From a virus: a stretch of 64,000 nucleotides of DNA. This document shows positions 36,478 through 47,244 of this stretch, one piece after another. The translations under genes were made by a program, and so were the position numbers. The DNA is taken from positions 2,560 through 66,559 of the IMG/VR virus record IMGVR_UViG_2843255297_000002. One strand, 5' to 3'. The notes beneath the pieces were generated by a model that saw nothing but the letters and a program-made list of their open reading frames with translations, was not told the origin of the DNA and searched no databases. Numbering within the stretch: the first letter of the stretch is position 1; each line of letters opens with the position of its first letter.

Positions 36478-38952
36478 GTGGCTAATAATGTTGAGATTAT
36501 TATTAACGCTATTGATAATGCGAGTCGCAAAATAAATGATGTCAACCGTGCTCTTGATAAACTTGGAGGCGGTGGAGCAAAAGTAACAGCTATTATAGCT
36601 GGAGTTAGCGGTTCGATTGCCGCCTTAGCCCCTGCCGTTGCTGGTATTGGTGCTATGGCTTCCATGTTTGCTAGTGCTGGCGCTGGAGCTATGGCATTTG
36701 GTGCTGTTGCTGTTTCATCTATTGGAGGAGTAATTGAAGCCAGTGAGAAAGTTGCTGAGATTGAGGAGAAAATTAAACAAGCTGACTCAGCGAAAGAGCG
36801 CATTAAATACCAAAAAGAGCTCCAGCAAGTTATGGCTGGATTGAGTCAAGCTGAGCGTCAAGCTCTCGCTGATTTAAGGGAGTTTCAATCTTGGTGGGGT
36901 AGTTTCACTCAAAGCCTTCAAACGCCAGTCCTAAAGGTCTTTGGTCAAGGGTTGGACTTCATTCGTAATGTTATGGAAGGCTTGAAGCCAGCTATTGCAA
37001 CGACTGGGAACGTACTTGCCAATTTCTTAGAAAAAGTCAATGCTTCTTTCAAGACCGAGCAAGTAAAGAGCTTCTTTGACTATATAAACAGCACAGTTGG
37101 TCAAAACTTGACAGCTATTCTCACGACTGCTGGCAACTTGTTTGTGGGATTCATGGAAATTCTCAAAGCATTCTCTCCTCTGAGTCAGTCATTCGCACAA
37201 GGCATGGTCAATATGTCAGCAAGCTTCAGAAAATGGGCTGAAGGGTTGAGTCAGAGCCAAGGATTCCAAAACTTTGTCAACTATGTCAAAGCCAATACTC
37301 CTGTCCTCTTGAGTTTGATTGGCAACTTATTTAAATTCATTGGGCAGTTGGTTGTTGCTCTAGCTCCCCTTGGTAGTGTCGTCCTCCGATTGGCAAGCTC
37401 CTTTGTTCAGTGGGCGACAACTTCTGGGTTGGTACAAACAGCCTTGAACTTGATAATAGCAACTGGACAATTCCTTTTGCAACACTTAGGGGCTCTCAAG
37501 GTTGTTCTTGCTAGTGTTTTGGCTGGCTTCATAGCTTTCAAGAGTGTTGTGGCTGTTGTCTCTGTTATTAACGCAGTCAAGAACGCCTTTAACATGCTGA
37601 AAACAGTTTTCACCACAGTAAGAACAGCGTTCACATTGTTGCGAGTTGCTATGCTGGCTAACCCATTCGGGTTGGTTGTGGCGGCTATCTTAGCTCTGAT
37701 TGCTGTTGGAGTATTACTGTATAAAAACTGGGATACTATCAAAATGTATGCTCAACAGCTTTGGAGCAAAATTCAGCAAGTATGGCAAGGTATTAAAACA
37801 ACGATAAGCACAGTAATAGCGAATATCGTCACAGCAGTTTCTAACTGGGCTTCAAACATGGTGGATAGATTCAACAACATGATGAGCCAAGCTAGTCAAG
37901 CTGTATCTAACGGTATTCGTAAAATTGTTCAATTCTTTGCTGACTTACCAGCGAATATTTTAAAAGTAATTGCTTACATGGCTGGCTTCTTGGTTGGAGC
38001 TTTTATTGGAGTTATGGTCGCCCTCGGAAATGCCGCCAAAAATGGTGTTGTTGCTATCGTAAATTTCTTTAAACAGTTACCTTCTAAGGTAATGTCTTTC
38101 ATTAGTAGCTTGGCTTCTAAAGCAGTATCAAAATTCAAGCAATTCATGAACAACGCAAAAAGCACTGTAAAAAGTGGAATTGACAACATTGTGAGCTTCT
38201 TTAAAAGCCTTCCTTCTAAGGTATTGAGCTTTATTAGCAGTTTGGCTTCCAACCTCGTGAGTAGATTCAAAAGCATGATGAGCAACGCTCGAAACGCTGT
38301 AAGCTCTGGGATTAATAATATTGTAAGTTTCTTTCGCTCGTTGCCTTCCAAAGTATTGGGAACCATTAGCTCTCTAGCGAGCTCGCTTGTCAGCGGATTT
38401 AGAAGCATGATGAGTAGCGCTCGCTCGGCTGTTTCGAGTGGTATTCGTGGTATTGTCTCTGCAATCAAAGGAATGGCTTCCAGTTTCTTGAGTGCTGGCA
38501 AGGGACTTCTTGACGCTTTCGTTCAAGGAGTTAAAAACGGTATTGCAAGAGCTAAGTCGGCTGTTTCGTCTGGTTTGAGTGCTATTCGGAGACTATTGCC
38601 ATTCTCGCCAGCAAAAGAAGGACCGTTGAGCGACCTTGACAAGTCTGGTGAGTCGTTCTTCCCTACTTGGTACGAAGGAGCTCTCAAGAAAGTGCCAACT
38701 ATGACAAGAGCTATTAGTGGAGCTATGGAGAGACTCAATGGCGAGCTCAACAATAGTTATGGAACAGTTGGCTTAGACTATTTTGGCAGAGCAGGACGCA
38801 CTGTAATTGTCATTCGTCATGAGCATTATGGCGAGGTAGAAGTACGAGGAGACAGCTCTCGCGAGACAATTAGATTTGTGGGTCAAAACATTGAGCAAAC
38901 AGTTGGAACTGACGTTTTTAGAGACCTACGACAAGCCGTTAGACGAAGATAG
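36478..38952 (+). CDS. Tape measure protein
   Basis: Ala/Gly-rich helical 824 aa; MLANPFGLVV..LYKNWD; ~40-aa repeats; LPFSPAKEGPL. Confidence 0.92.
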   Translation: MANNVEIIINAIDNASRKINDVNRALDKLGGGGAKVTAIIAGVSGSIAALAPAVAGIGAMASMFASAGAGAMAFGAVAVSSIGGVIEASEKVAEIEEKIKQADSAKERIKYQKELQQVMAGLSQAERQALADLREFQSWWGSFTQSLQTPVLKVFGQGLDFIRNVMEGLKPAIATTGNVLANFLEKVNASFKTEQVKSFFDYINSTVGQNLTAILTTAGNLFVGFMEILKAFSPLSQSFAQGMVNMSASFRKWAEGLSQSQGFQNFVNYVKANTPVLLSLIGNLFKFIGQLVVALAPLGSVVLRLASSFVQWATTSGLVQTALNLIIATGQFLLQHLGALKVVLASVLAGFIAFKSVVAVVSVINAVKNAFNMLKTVFTTVRTAFTLLRVAMLANPFGLVVAAILALIAVGVLLYKNWDTIKMYAQQLWSKIQQVWQGIKTTISTVIANIVTAVSNWASNMVDRFNNMMSQASQAVSNGIRKIVQFFADLPANILKVIAYMAGFLVGAFIGVMVALGNAAKNGVVAIVNFFKQLPSKVMSFISSLASKAVSKFKQFMNNAKSTVKSGIDNIVSFFKSLPSKVLSFISSLASNLVSRFKSMMSNARNAVSSGINNIVSFFRSLPSKVLGTISSLASSLVSGFRSMMSSARSAVSSGIRGIVSAIKGMASSFLSAGKGLLDAFVQGVKNGIARAKSAVSSGLSAIRRLLPFSPAKEGPLSDLDKSGESFFPTWYEGALKKVPTMTRAISGAMERLNGELNNSYGTVGLDYFGRAGRTVIVIRHEHYGEVEVRGDSSRETIRFVGQNIEQTVGTDVFRDLRQAVRRR

Positions 38953-38969
38953 AAAGGAGGGAGTTTGAG

Positions 38970-41474
38970 TTGGCAACTAAGAAGTTTAACATAGCTTGGA
39001 TGGGACAATACAAAGCGTCAAGCAACTCATATGTTGGTGCTAACTCCCCTATACGAGTAGGTGGAGCAGACAACTACCATTCCTTTATTGGATTTCCTAC
39101 CTCAGTGAGAGACGCTCTGAGAACGTCCAAAACAGCAACTACGCTGAAACTCTGGATATATGTTTATGACGCTTCTCCAGAGTGGGACGTTGGGGCTCAC
39201 AAAGAAACGTATAACAAAGCTGGAGGTACAATGCCATGGTACAAGTACCTCAGAGCTTATCAAGGTCTAGGAACTGGATGGATTAGCTTTGACCTTACTA
39301 ACGTTTTTATGAATGATTACAAAAATGGTACTTACCATGGAGTTGTCCTCTACTCTGGAGCGTCGAGTGGCTATTACGGAGAGGCTTATGGTTATAGAAC
39401 TGACAGCTATTGTGCTTATGTTGAGGTAACTGGTAGCTGGAACAGCCCTCCGAGTGCTCCTACTATCACGTACCCTCAAGGTGGAGAGATTGTTGACCAA
39501 AGCATTACAGTAAGATGGAACAAAGCAAGTGACCCAGATGGAGACCCTCTTTCCTATGAAGTTGCCATTAATGACGGCACTGGTTGGAAGTATTACAAAA
39601 CAGCGACAGGAGCAACAAGCTACACAATTAATACGAGCTCGTTGAGAGAAACTTCAAGCGCTCGAGTTGCTGTCCGAGCATATGACGGTCAAGAGTATAG
39701 TAGCTGGACATATTCTAATTACTTCGCAATTGACCACAACCAACCTCCAAGTGCTCCAACTCAACTCTCTCCTGCAACTGGAGCGGTCATTGACAGAACG
39801 CAACCAAACCGTTTCTCGTGGAAACACAACGATGACGGAGCTCAAGTTGGTTTCCGTATTGCTTGGCGCACAGTTGCGGCTGACGGTACTCGAGGGGCTT
39901 GGAACTACATTCCAAACGCTACCTCGTTCATGAATACAACAAACCAATACTATGACATGCCAGCGAACACCCTTCCGTTTGGTAATATTGAGTGGGGAGT
40001 TCAAACAAAAGACCAACAAGGTCTCCAGTCTCCATATTCTCAATGGCAAATTATTAAAGCGAGCCAGCCAACGAATGCCCCTACTATCCTCAGTCCTACT
40101 GACTTTGCGGAAATTAATACAACTCGGGTGACTGTTACATGGTCGAGTTTGAACCAGATTCAATATGACCTCGCATTGTATGACTCGGATGGTTGGGAGC
40201 TATTTCACGAAGTGAAAAGCGGAGGAACTAAGCAAGTTACTATTCCAGTTGACTTGGAAAACAACAAATTCTATGAAATTCACTTGAGAGTTATGGACTC
40301 CACAACAGGCTTGTGGTCAGACTATACTGTTGTGGTGTTCTCCACAAACTTCACCCCTCCACTCCCTCCAGTTATTGAACGCTTTGAGGAAGCTGGTGAC
40401 GGAGTGATAAACATTTTCTATGGAGCGAGTGACGCTGACATTCTACCGTCTTTCTTGGTCAACGATGGACAGCAAAACCCACTCCTTCAAGGTTATAGTG
40501 GCTCTGTTATAGGTACAGATTGTGAGCTGTTAAGTCCAAGCAGTGTGTCTATTACTGGGGCTCTCAAGGGAGTCGAATACTGGCTCACAAATGAGGAGAT
40601 TCCTCTTGTTGCTGGAAGTGTTTACACCTTGACAGCAACCTTTGATGTTCAAGGAGGGCGGCTTTTTATTGGAGCTTATGACGCAAACAACAACGCAATT
40701 AGCTTCCAAGCGACTGGAGCAGACAAAGCTCTCTCTCCTGTTGGGACAACAGCGCTCAACTATACTTTGCCAGAGAACGCTGTCAAGTTGCGAGTTATTT
40801 TCTACACAACGTGGGACAACACAGGAACGGTCACAATTAGCAACGCAAACCTCCGTATTTCTAACGCAAGCACAGCAACCGAGAAGATTCAAGTCTTTCG
40901 CAGAGAATACACTCCAACTGGCACAGCCCCATGGATTATGATTGCAGATGACCTTCCAACGAGCGGCTCGTTTTTGGACTACACTCCAGCGAGTGGAGTA
41001 ATTTATGAGTATAAACTCCGAGCAGTAAACAACTCCAACAAGACCTCAACAGACTCGAGCATTGAGCAAGTGAGCATTGTATTTAATGACACATTCATTC
41101 AAGAAGCCAACAACCTCTCTAGCATTGTGCTCCTCAAGTATGCTACCTCGAGGGAGACTAAAATGGAACTTGAAAGCGAACTTATGAGGTTTGCTGGCAG
41201 ACGTGACCCAGTGAGAGAGTTTGGCGAGCATGAAGATATTGTCATTTCCGTTGAGTGGATTTTTGACACTTACCAAGAGGTTGAAATGTTTAAAGACCTC
41301 TTGAGACGGAGAGATGTTCTTCTCTATCGTGACCGCAACGGTCGTCGTTTCTGGGTAACTTGTGACGCTTTTGAAGTTAAAGACAATGACGTAAATGGCT
41401 TCACCTTGAAAGCTGACTTCCATGTAACTCATTTCATTGAGGACTTAGCAGTTAGAAACGGAGAGGAGACATAA
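38970..41474 (+). CDS. Minor tail protein (Dit-like C-terminus) with FN3-like and carbohydrate-binding-like domains
   Basis: NSPPSAP/NQPPSAP FN3-type repeats; C-terminal FAGRRDPVREFG..LLYRDRNGRRF; follows TMP. Confidence 0.7.
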   Translation: MATKKFNIAWMGQYKASSNSYVGANSPIRVGGADNYHSFIGFPTSVRDALRTSKTATTLKLWIYVYDASPEWDVGAHKETYNKAGGTMPWYKYLRAYQGLGTGWISFDLTNVFMNDYKNGTYHGVVLYSGASSGYYGEAYGYRTDSYCAYVEVTGSWNSPPSAPTITYPQGGEIVDQSITVRWNKASDPDGDPLSYEVAINDGTGWKYYKTATGATSYTINTSSLRETSSARVAVRAYDGQEYSSWTYSNYFAIDHNQPPSAPTQLSPATGAVIDRTQPNRFSWKHNDDGAQVGFRIAWRTVAADGTRGAWNYIPNATSFMNTTNQYYDMPANTLPFGNIEWGVQTKDQQGLQSPYSQWQIIKASQPTNAPTILSPTDFAEINTTRVTVTWSSLNQIQYDLALYDSDGWELFHEVKSGGTKQVTIPVDLENNKFYEIHLRVMDSTTGLWSDYTVVVFSTNFTPPLPPVIERFEEAGDGVINIFYGASDADILPSFLVNDGQQNPLLQGYSGSVIGTDCELLSPSSVSITGALKGVEYWLTNEEIPLVAGSVYTLTATFDVQGGRLFIGAYDANNNAISFQATGADKALSPVGTTALNYTLPENAVKLRVIFYTTWDNTGTVTISNANLRISNASTATEKIQVFRREYTPTGTAPWIMIADDLPTSGSFLDYTPASGVIYEYKLRAVNNSNKTSTDSSIEQVSIVFNDTFIQEANNLSSIVLLKYATSRETKMELESELMRFAGRRDPVREFGEHEDIVISVEWIFDTYQEVEMFKDLLRRRDVLLYRDRNGRRFWVTCDAFEVKDNDVNGFTLKADFHVTHFIEDLAVRNGEET

Positions 41475-41476
41475 CT

Positions 41477-43579
41477 ATGCAAACGATTGAGAGAGGAGGT
41501 TACACTCGAGAGCAGATTCTTGACGTATTACATGCCAAGAACAACACCAGAAAAGTACGATTTCGTTATGACTTACTCGACAAAAATGAAAACTATATTA
41601 AGACGCTTGATTGTGTGCTTGAGGGGGAGGTTGAAATGTCAGCCTTCTCCACTATCAAGCGCACAGCAAAGTTTAAGATAAAAGAAAATTACATTCCAGA
41701 GCATATTGAGCGAGTAACTTCTCAAGTAAAATCTTACTCAGAAAGTACCTTCACGAGTGGGACTCACTCTGGGACAGTTGCAACAGGGAGCTCTCCTTTT
41801 GACGGAGGCAGTTGGGTACGAATTACAACTCCAAACATTAACCTCTTAACAACAGATGAGTCCACTTTTGGAACAGCAACATGGACGAGTGGGCAACCTC
41901 ACCCAGCTTGGGACGCATGGGGTGCCACTCGAGGAACTTTTAACTATACGACTACTTCATTAGGTGGCATGGCTCAATTGATTACTCGAACAGGAGCCAA
42001 CTCGCTTGGTATTGATTTAAAACGAAGAAATATTTCAGTGACCGCAGGAGAAAGATTGTATCTCTCCTTCTTCTTTAGACCATACAACGACCCTAATGGT
42101 AACTTTGCTGTCCCGAGTTATTGCTACATTATGCACAACGATGGACAGGGAAACCTTTGGATAGGTGACACAAACCATAACGGAGGTTATACAATTACTG
42201 ATTTAGGAGACGGTTGGTATCGTTTTGATGGAGCAGTCAACGCAGACAGAACGGACACCGTTGGAATTTTGATTGCTTGGTACGCAGGAACAGATGGAGG
42301 AGTCATTATTGACAACATTTACTTTGGAAAGGTAGCCCCTACATGGTCGGCTCAATGGGTAAGTGAAGTCATTGACATTAGTGACTCACGTAATACTAAA
42401 GCAGTCAACTCAAGAGTGGGCTTTCAAGTCCAGACACCAAGCTACGCAACAGCAAAACTCGAGTCGAGAGTCTCCACAGATGGAGGAACTACGTGGGGAG
42501 CTTGGACGACTGAAATAAATGGAGCTCAGCTCTCTAGCCTTCCTTATGGAACCGACCTCGCTAATGCTCAAATACAGTTTCGCTTTACTTTCACGAGACG
42601 CAATATAATTGACTTTGTGGGAGCCGACAATCTCTCCTTTACTATTGACGGAGAGTATGATGTGATTGTCCCAGAAACCACAGAGATTAACTACCTCAGT
42701 GACCGCATTCAACCTTATATGGAAATTCAAATGCCAGACGGTAATTGGATTGACTTCCCTCTCGGTATTTTCCTCCTCTCCACTCCTACCAAGAGAGACG
42801 AGAATAATGGAGTCTACCGTGAGATTGAAGCATATGACGGTCTCATTATTCTCAATGACGACAAATTCACCTCTCGCTATTACATTCCAGCAGGAAAAAA
42901 ATACACTGACGCAGTGATTGAAATTCTCATGAGCGCAGGAATAAGCAAATTCAACATAACAGACAGCTCCAAAACGCTCTCAGCTCCTATTGAGTTTGCC
43001 ATTGGAACAAGCAAACTCGAGGCGATTAACTCCTTGCTTAAAGCCATTAACTATACGCAAATATGGGTTGACGCTCGAGGATATTTTACAGCTTCCCCTT
43101 ATGTCTCTCCTTCCGAGAAGGCAGTTGACTATGAATACCTCGACGACGAGCTTTCCGTTATTTACAACGGTATCGAGGAGGAGTTGGACTTCTTTGGAGT
43201 CCCTAATGTGTGGGTTGTTACTCAGTCAAACCCAGAAAAAACACCTCTCGTAAGTACAAAGATAAATGACAACCCAGACTCTCCTACTTCAACGGTCAAT
43301 GTCGGTAGGAACATTGTGGATTTCAGAGAAGTTGATGACATAGCAGACCAAGCAACGCTCGACGCTTACACAGAGCGTATAGCTTTCGAGGCTTCTCAAG
43401 TGTTTGGTCGATTGCGCTTTAAAACAGCTCTTATGCCATTCCATGAGTATATGGACGTTTTGAGGGTTAAATATGACCCTCTCAAGATAGATGACAAATT
43501 CAGCGAGGTAGGCTGGAAAATGACCCTCCGAGCTGGAGGCGAGATGGAGCATGAAGTGAGAAAGGTGGTAAGCATATGA
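41477..43579 (+). CDS. Baseplate hub/Tal-like tail protein with inserted beta-rich domains
   Basis: FPLGIFLLSTP, GTSKLEAINSLL.AINY, PNVWV, SPTSTV..GR motifs. Confidence 0.72.
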   Translation: MQTIERGGYTREQILDVLHAKNNTRKVRFRYDLLDKNENYIKTLDCVLEGEVEMSAFSTIKRTAKFKIKENYIPEHIERVTSQVKSYSESTFTSGTHSGTVATGSSPFDGGSWVRITTPNINLLTTDESTFGTATWTSGQPHPAWDAWGATRGTFNYTTTSLGGMAQLITRTGANSLGIDLKRRNISVTAGERLYLSFFFRPYNDPNGNFAVPSYCYIMHNDGQGNLWIGDTNHNGGYTITDLGDGWYRFDGAVNADRTDTVGILIAWYAGTDGGVIIDNIYFGKVAPTWSAQWVSEVIDISDSRNTKAVNSRVGFQVQTPSYATAKLESRVSTDGGTTWGAWTTEINGAQLSSLPYGTDLANAQIQFRFTFTRRNIIDFVGADNLSFTIDGEYDVIVPETTEINYLSDRIQPYMEIQMPDGNWIDFPLGIFLLSTPTKRDENNGVYREIEAYDGLIILNDDKFTSRYYIPAGKKYTDAVIEILMSAGISKFNITDSSKTLSAPIEFAIGTSKLEAINSLLKAINYTQIWVDARGYFTASPYVSPSEKAVDYEYLDDELSVIYNGIEEELDFFGVPNVWVVTQSNPEKTPLVSTKINDNPDSPTSTVNVGRNIVDFREVDDIADQATLDAYTERIAFEASQVFGRLRFKTALMPFHEYMDVLRVKYDPLKIDDKFSEVGWKMTLRAGGEMEHEVRKVVSI

Positions 43580-43824
43580 AAGCTGACGAGTTTGTAACAC
43601 TCATAAGCTCATTGAACGCTAAAGAGAGTAAAAATAAACCTTTCTCACTGGGGGTAATTGACCCTGCTTACAGTAGCGGTCGCCCTAAAGTGATTTTTGA
43701 TGGGAGCACCACTGTAAGCTCCAAGACTTACCCCTACCTCTCAAGTTACACTCCCCGAGCTAATGACCGAGTGATTCTTGCTAATGTTGGAGGTACTCAT
43801 GTCATACTGGGGAAAATCACTTGA
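43576..43824 (+). CDS. Small tail-tip protein
   Basis: GRPKVIFDG..YPYLSSYTP..DRV..VILGKI. Confidence 0.65.
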   Translation: MKADEFVTLISSLNAKESKNKPFSLGVIDPAYSSGRPKVIFDGSTTVSSKTYPYLSSYTPRANDRVILANVGGTHVILGKIT

Positions 43825-43830
43825 GAGGAG

Positions 43831-44220
43831 GTGAGAAAGGTGTCTATCAAGGAAATTCTTGCTGTTGCCAACAGTGAGGTTGTCTTTGCAGTTTTGTTCA
43901 TTGTTGGTTTGTATTCAGTTGCTCGGTATGTTCAAACAGCTCTCAGAGAACAAAAAGAAGAAAACAACAAACGTGAGGAGCAACTGTTTGAAATGTACCG
44001 ACAACAACTGGAAGCCTCAGCAAGGCGAGAGGCTGAGCTAATGAAAAACCTTGAGAAAAACACCGAACAACTTGGCAATATTGCTGAGACGCTTAAAGAA
44101 GTGCAACGCAACCTCGGAAAGCTAGAGGACAAAGTTGAAACAAACTTTATGGCTGTCTGGAAAGAGCTTGGCTCTAAAGCTGACAAAAACGACTTGAAAG
44201 GAGTTGGTAAGTGTGACTAA
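43831..44220 (+). CDS. BhlA/UviB-like holin-associated protein
   Basis: One N-terminal TM then coiled coil (ENNKREEQL); precedes the endolysin. Confidence 0.65.
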   Translation: MRKVSIKEILAVANSEVVFAVLFIVGLYSVARYVQTALREQKEENNKREEQLFEMYRQQLEASARREAELMKNLEKNTEQLGNIAETLKEVQRNLGKLEDKVETNFMAVWKELGSKADKNDLKGVGKCD

Positions 44221-45061
44221 ATATATTGCCCTTGACGACGGACATGGCATGGAGACAGCAGGAAAAAGAACCCCATACATTCCCTCATTAGGTCGTCAAA
44301 TTAAGGAGAATGAGTTCAACCGAGCAGTTGTGAAGTTTTTAGACCAAGAGCTCAAACGTTGCGGTTTTCGTACTCTGTTGGTTGCTCCAACTGACGTGGA
44401 TACTCCACTAAAAGAACGTACTGATAAAGCAAACAAAGCTGGAGTTGACGCTTATATTAGCATTCACTACAACGCATTTGATGGAACTTTCGCAGGGAAA
44501 AACCCAGAAGGTTTCCAAGCTCATGTCTACCTCGGTCATAGCAACAAAAAAGCTGGCAAACTTGCTAAGTGCATTTTGAAACACCTCGCAGGAGGAACTA
44601 AGCAAGTCAACCGAGGCTTGCATGAAAGCAACTTCCACGTTTTGCGCGAGACGCACATGCCAGCGGTACTCCTTGAGCTTGGCTTCATGGATAACGAACG
44701 AGAAGCTCTCCTCATGATAAACACAGACTTCCAAAAAGAGTGTGCTCGTGAGATTGCTCAAGGGATTTGCGAATACTTTGGGGTGAAATATGTCCCAGAG
44801 AAAAAAGCCAACCCTCCAAAAACAACAACTCCAACGAAAACATTCTACCGAGTTGTTACTGGCTCATTTAAGGAAAAAGCTAATGCAGAGCGCAGAGTTG
44901 CTGAATTAAAGCGCAAAGGTTTTGACAGCTTCATTGACTATAAAAATGGCTGGTATAGAGTCATTACTGGCTCTTTCCAAGATAGAGGAAACGCTAAAAA
45001 GCGTATGGCAGAACTCAAGCGAGCTGGATTTGATAGCTTCCTTGAAAGCCACAAAGCATAA
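44213..45061 (+). CDS. Endolysin, N-acetylmuramoyl-L-alanine amidase (Amidase_3) with two SPOR repeats
   Basis: LDDGHG, E, SIHYNA, PAVLLELGFM; two YRV.TGSF...NA repeats. Confidence 0.93.
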   Translation: MTKYIALDDGHGMETAGKRTPYIPSLGRQIKENEFNRAVVKFLDQELKRCGFRTLLVAPTDVDTPLKERTDKANKAGVDAYISIHYNAFDGTFAGKNPEGFQAHVYLGHSNKKAGKLAKCILKHLAGGTKQVNRGLHESNFHVLRETHMPAVLLELGFMDNEREALLMINTDFQKECAREIAQGICEYFGVKYVPEKKANPPKTTTPTKTFYRVVTGSFKEKANAERRVAELKRKGFDSFIDYKNGWYRVITGSFQDRGNAKKRMAELKRAGFDSFLESHKA

Positions 45062-45162
45062 AACCCCTCCCTTTCCCCTCTCACCCTTCCTCTTTGTCCG
45101 TAAGTCTCCGAGTGAGCAGGTCAAAATACTACACTAGAAGGAGTAGATAAGGTGATGAAACC

Positions 45163-45375
45163 ATGAAGAACTTCATTGAAAAATTCAAACGCAGTAAATG
45201 GGCTTCTCGCAAGTTGTGGACTCTTTTAGGGTCAGCGTTGTTTGTGGTGCTCACTGACATTTTGAACATTCCAATTGACGAGGAAACTTACTGGGCGATT
45301 GTTACTTTAGCGGTCTCCTACATTCTTGGTCAAGGCTATGTTGACGGAAAGAAACACGAGAAAGAACAAAAATAA
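45163..45375 (+). CDS. Holin (two TM)
   Basis: SRKLW..TM..TM..YILGQG.VD; terminator at 45376-45408. Confidence 0.8.
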   Translation: MKNFIEKFKRSKWASRKLWTLLGSALFVVLTDILNIPIDEETYWAIVTLAVSYILGQGYVDGKKHEKEQK

Positions 45376-45607
45376 GAGCTGGCTTCTTGTAGGCTGGCTC
45401 TTTTTTTTACCATATTATTAAAATCGAACTATTGTTCTAGTTTATAACCTAGGTTATTTCAAAGTAATACCACAGTAAATTTTTTTGACTATTTACTCTT
45501 GACGTGTCAAAAAACATCATGTATGATAAAAGTACAGTCGCACCACTACATAAAGCCCTAGGTCGTAACAGGGTATTACTAAATAAAGAACAAAAGGGGG
45601 AACAGAC

Positions 45608-45925
45608 ATGAAGAAGTTTGTACGCTTGACAATTGATGACATGGAAGAAAAGAGAGCCAAAAAAGAACTTGAGGAAGCCCTCGCTGAGGTGTCCGACCTC
45701 ATAAGTGAAAAAATTAATGCCAGTATTACTGAGGTAATTCGTGAGTTGGGTTACAACTACCATGATGACATGACCCCAGAGGAGATTCAACAAATTGGAA
45801 AGCAAATGAAACAAGACGGAATTGACATTGTTGTTGACGACAAAATGGAAGGAAATATATATAAAGTTGATATTAAGGTCGTCCAAGTGGCTCGAGCCAT
45901 TGAGTTCGACCTAGGAGGTGCTTGA
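45608..45925 (+). CDS. Hypothetical protein
   Basis: AAGGGGG SD; upstream TTGACG..TATGAT promoter-like sequence. Confidence 0.7.
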   Translation: MKKFVRLTIDDMEEKRAKKELEEALAEVSDLISEKINASITEVIRELGYNYHDDMTPEEIQQIGKQMKQDGIDIVVDDKMEGNIYKVDIKVVQVARAIEFDLGGA

Positions 45926-45926
45926 T

Positions 45927-46213
45927 ATGCCAGCTTTTAAAATGTGGTGATTGACAACCTTGAGACGCAACTCAAGGCGCAGGAAAGACTCGTCATTGAA
46001 GCTGAGAACGAGCTCGCCAAGCTACAAAGCGAAAAAGAACAGTTTCTCAACGACATGAACCAAAAGATTGAGCAAGCAACCCAAAAGTTGCAACGCTTAA
46101 CAGCGGAAAAGCAAGAGATTGAGCGAGCCATTCAAATTCTTATGCAACAAATGCCAGCGATTCCTTCCGAGGAGCAAATTCCTCCCGAGGGGGAAGCTCC
46201 TCAAGAAGCGTAA
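45927..46213 (+). CDS. Coiled-coil hypothetical protein; SD-linked ATG (45927) is out of frame with the body (45944-46213)
   Basis: AGGAGGTG SD and ATG CCA GCT TTT AAA ATG TGG TGA; one extra A would restore the frame. Confidence 0.55.
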
Positions 46214-46276
46214 TAAACAAACTTTCAAGCGAGAGGACTTCCCTCCTCTCCCCCACAAAAAAATTCAAAATAGGTA

Positions 46277-46305
46277 TTGACATTGTGGTAATACCATAGT
46301 AATAT
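46277..46305 (+). promoter_or_regulatory. SigA-type promoter with operator upstream of the replication operon
   Basis: TTGACA-17bp-TAATAT with GTAATACCATAGTAATAT; second operator at 46353. Confidence 0.75.
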
Positions 46306-46405
46306 TATTCTTGCAGGGTCGCTGGTGGCGACTCAAAAAAAATTACCCTTTGGTATTACCACAGTAAAACCCTAATAAAAACTCTTTGAAAGGAGCTGTC
46401 AGTGT

Positions 46406-47244
46406 ATGACAAATGTAAACAAAGAAGTAATTAATGGTTGGAGCGTTGTGTTGATGATGATAACAACGAAGCTGGTTTCAACGAGGAGCGCAAACTTGAT
46501 TATTTGAAACTCCCAGAAGGAGACACTCGCATTCGAGTCCTTGACGTTGCGCCATACGCTTTTAAAGAATGGTGGGCTCCTCGAGGGAACGGAGGAAAAG
46601 GAACTTCCATTCCTTATAAAGGTAAAGATGACCTCCTCGAGGCTGAAAATAAGGCATTTATGGAGAAAGTATTCCAAGAAGCTGACCGTCTAGGGTTAAA
46701 AGGCGACAAACGTAAGAAGTTTTTACGTGAGAAAGGTTATTCTAAACTGCCATGGGGCAAAGTCAAACAAAAATATGTGATTCATGTCCTTGACCGAGCA
46801 ACTGGCGAAGTTAAACTCCTCGAGAAAGGAAATGGACTATTCAAGGAGCTCAAAAAGTACGCTGTGAACCCAGAGTATGGAGACTTGAGACAGTATGATG
46901 TCACGATTACTCGCAAAGGTTCTGGATTAAACACAGAGTACACTGTCACGCCAGCTCGCCAAAACACTCCGCTCACCGACGAGGAGATTCGCTTGTATGA
47001 AGAAAGCAAAGTTGACCTTGCTAAGTTAAAAGACCACAGCCACATTACCCCTGAGCAGTGTCTAGCAGTTGCAAAGGGAGCTAAATGGGAGGACGTTTTG
47101 AAGAAAAACAACAACGATGAGGAAAAGGTTGACCAAGACACGTCACCTCAAGACGACTACTCGGAGGGCTCCTCGGAGGAACCTATTGAGATTGATAGCG
47201 GTGAAGTTTTAACAGATGAGGAACTCGAAAATTTGGAGTTTTAA
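46406..47244 (+). CDS. Single-stranded DNA-binding protein (gp32-like); SD-linked ATG out of frame with the body (46438-47244)
   Basis: YLKL.EG.TRIRVL..Y..VLDR..YDVTITRKGSGLNTEY.V.P and acidic tail ending in F. Confidence 0.72.

Noticed and set aside
38040..38460. ~120-bp repeats in the tape measure gene as a diversity-generating template
   Set aside because: Ordinary ~40-aa TMP repeats; no reverse transcriptase or adenine-specific variation
45062..45100. C-rich tracts before several genes (also 35829, 20641, 53168) as anti-SD regulators
   Set aside because: Pairing with neighbouring SDs is plausible but too unspecific to support by eye
45927..45950. Programmed frameshift at TTTTAAAA
   Set aside because: Not in X XXY YYZ register; a -1 slip would put TAA in frame; better explained as an indel
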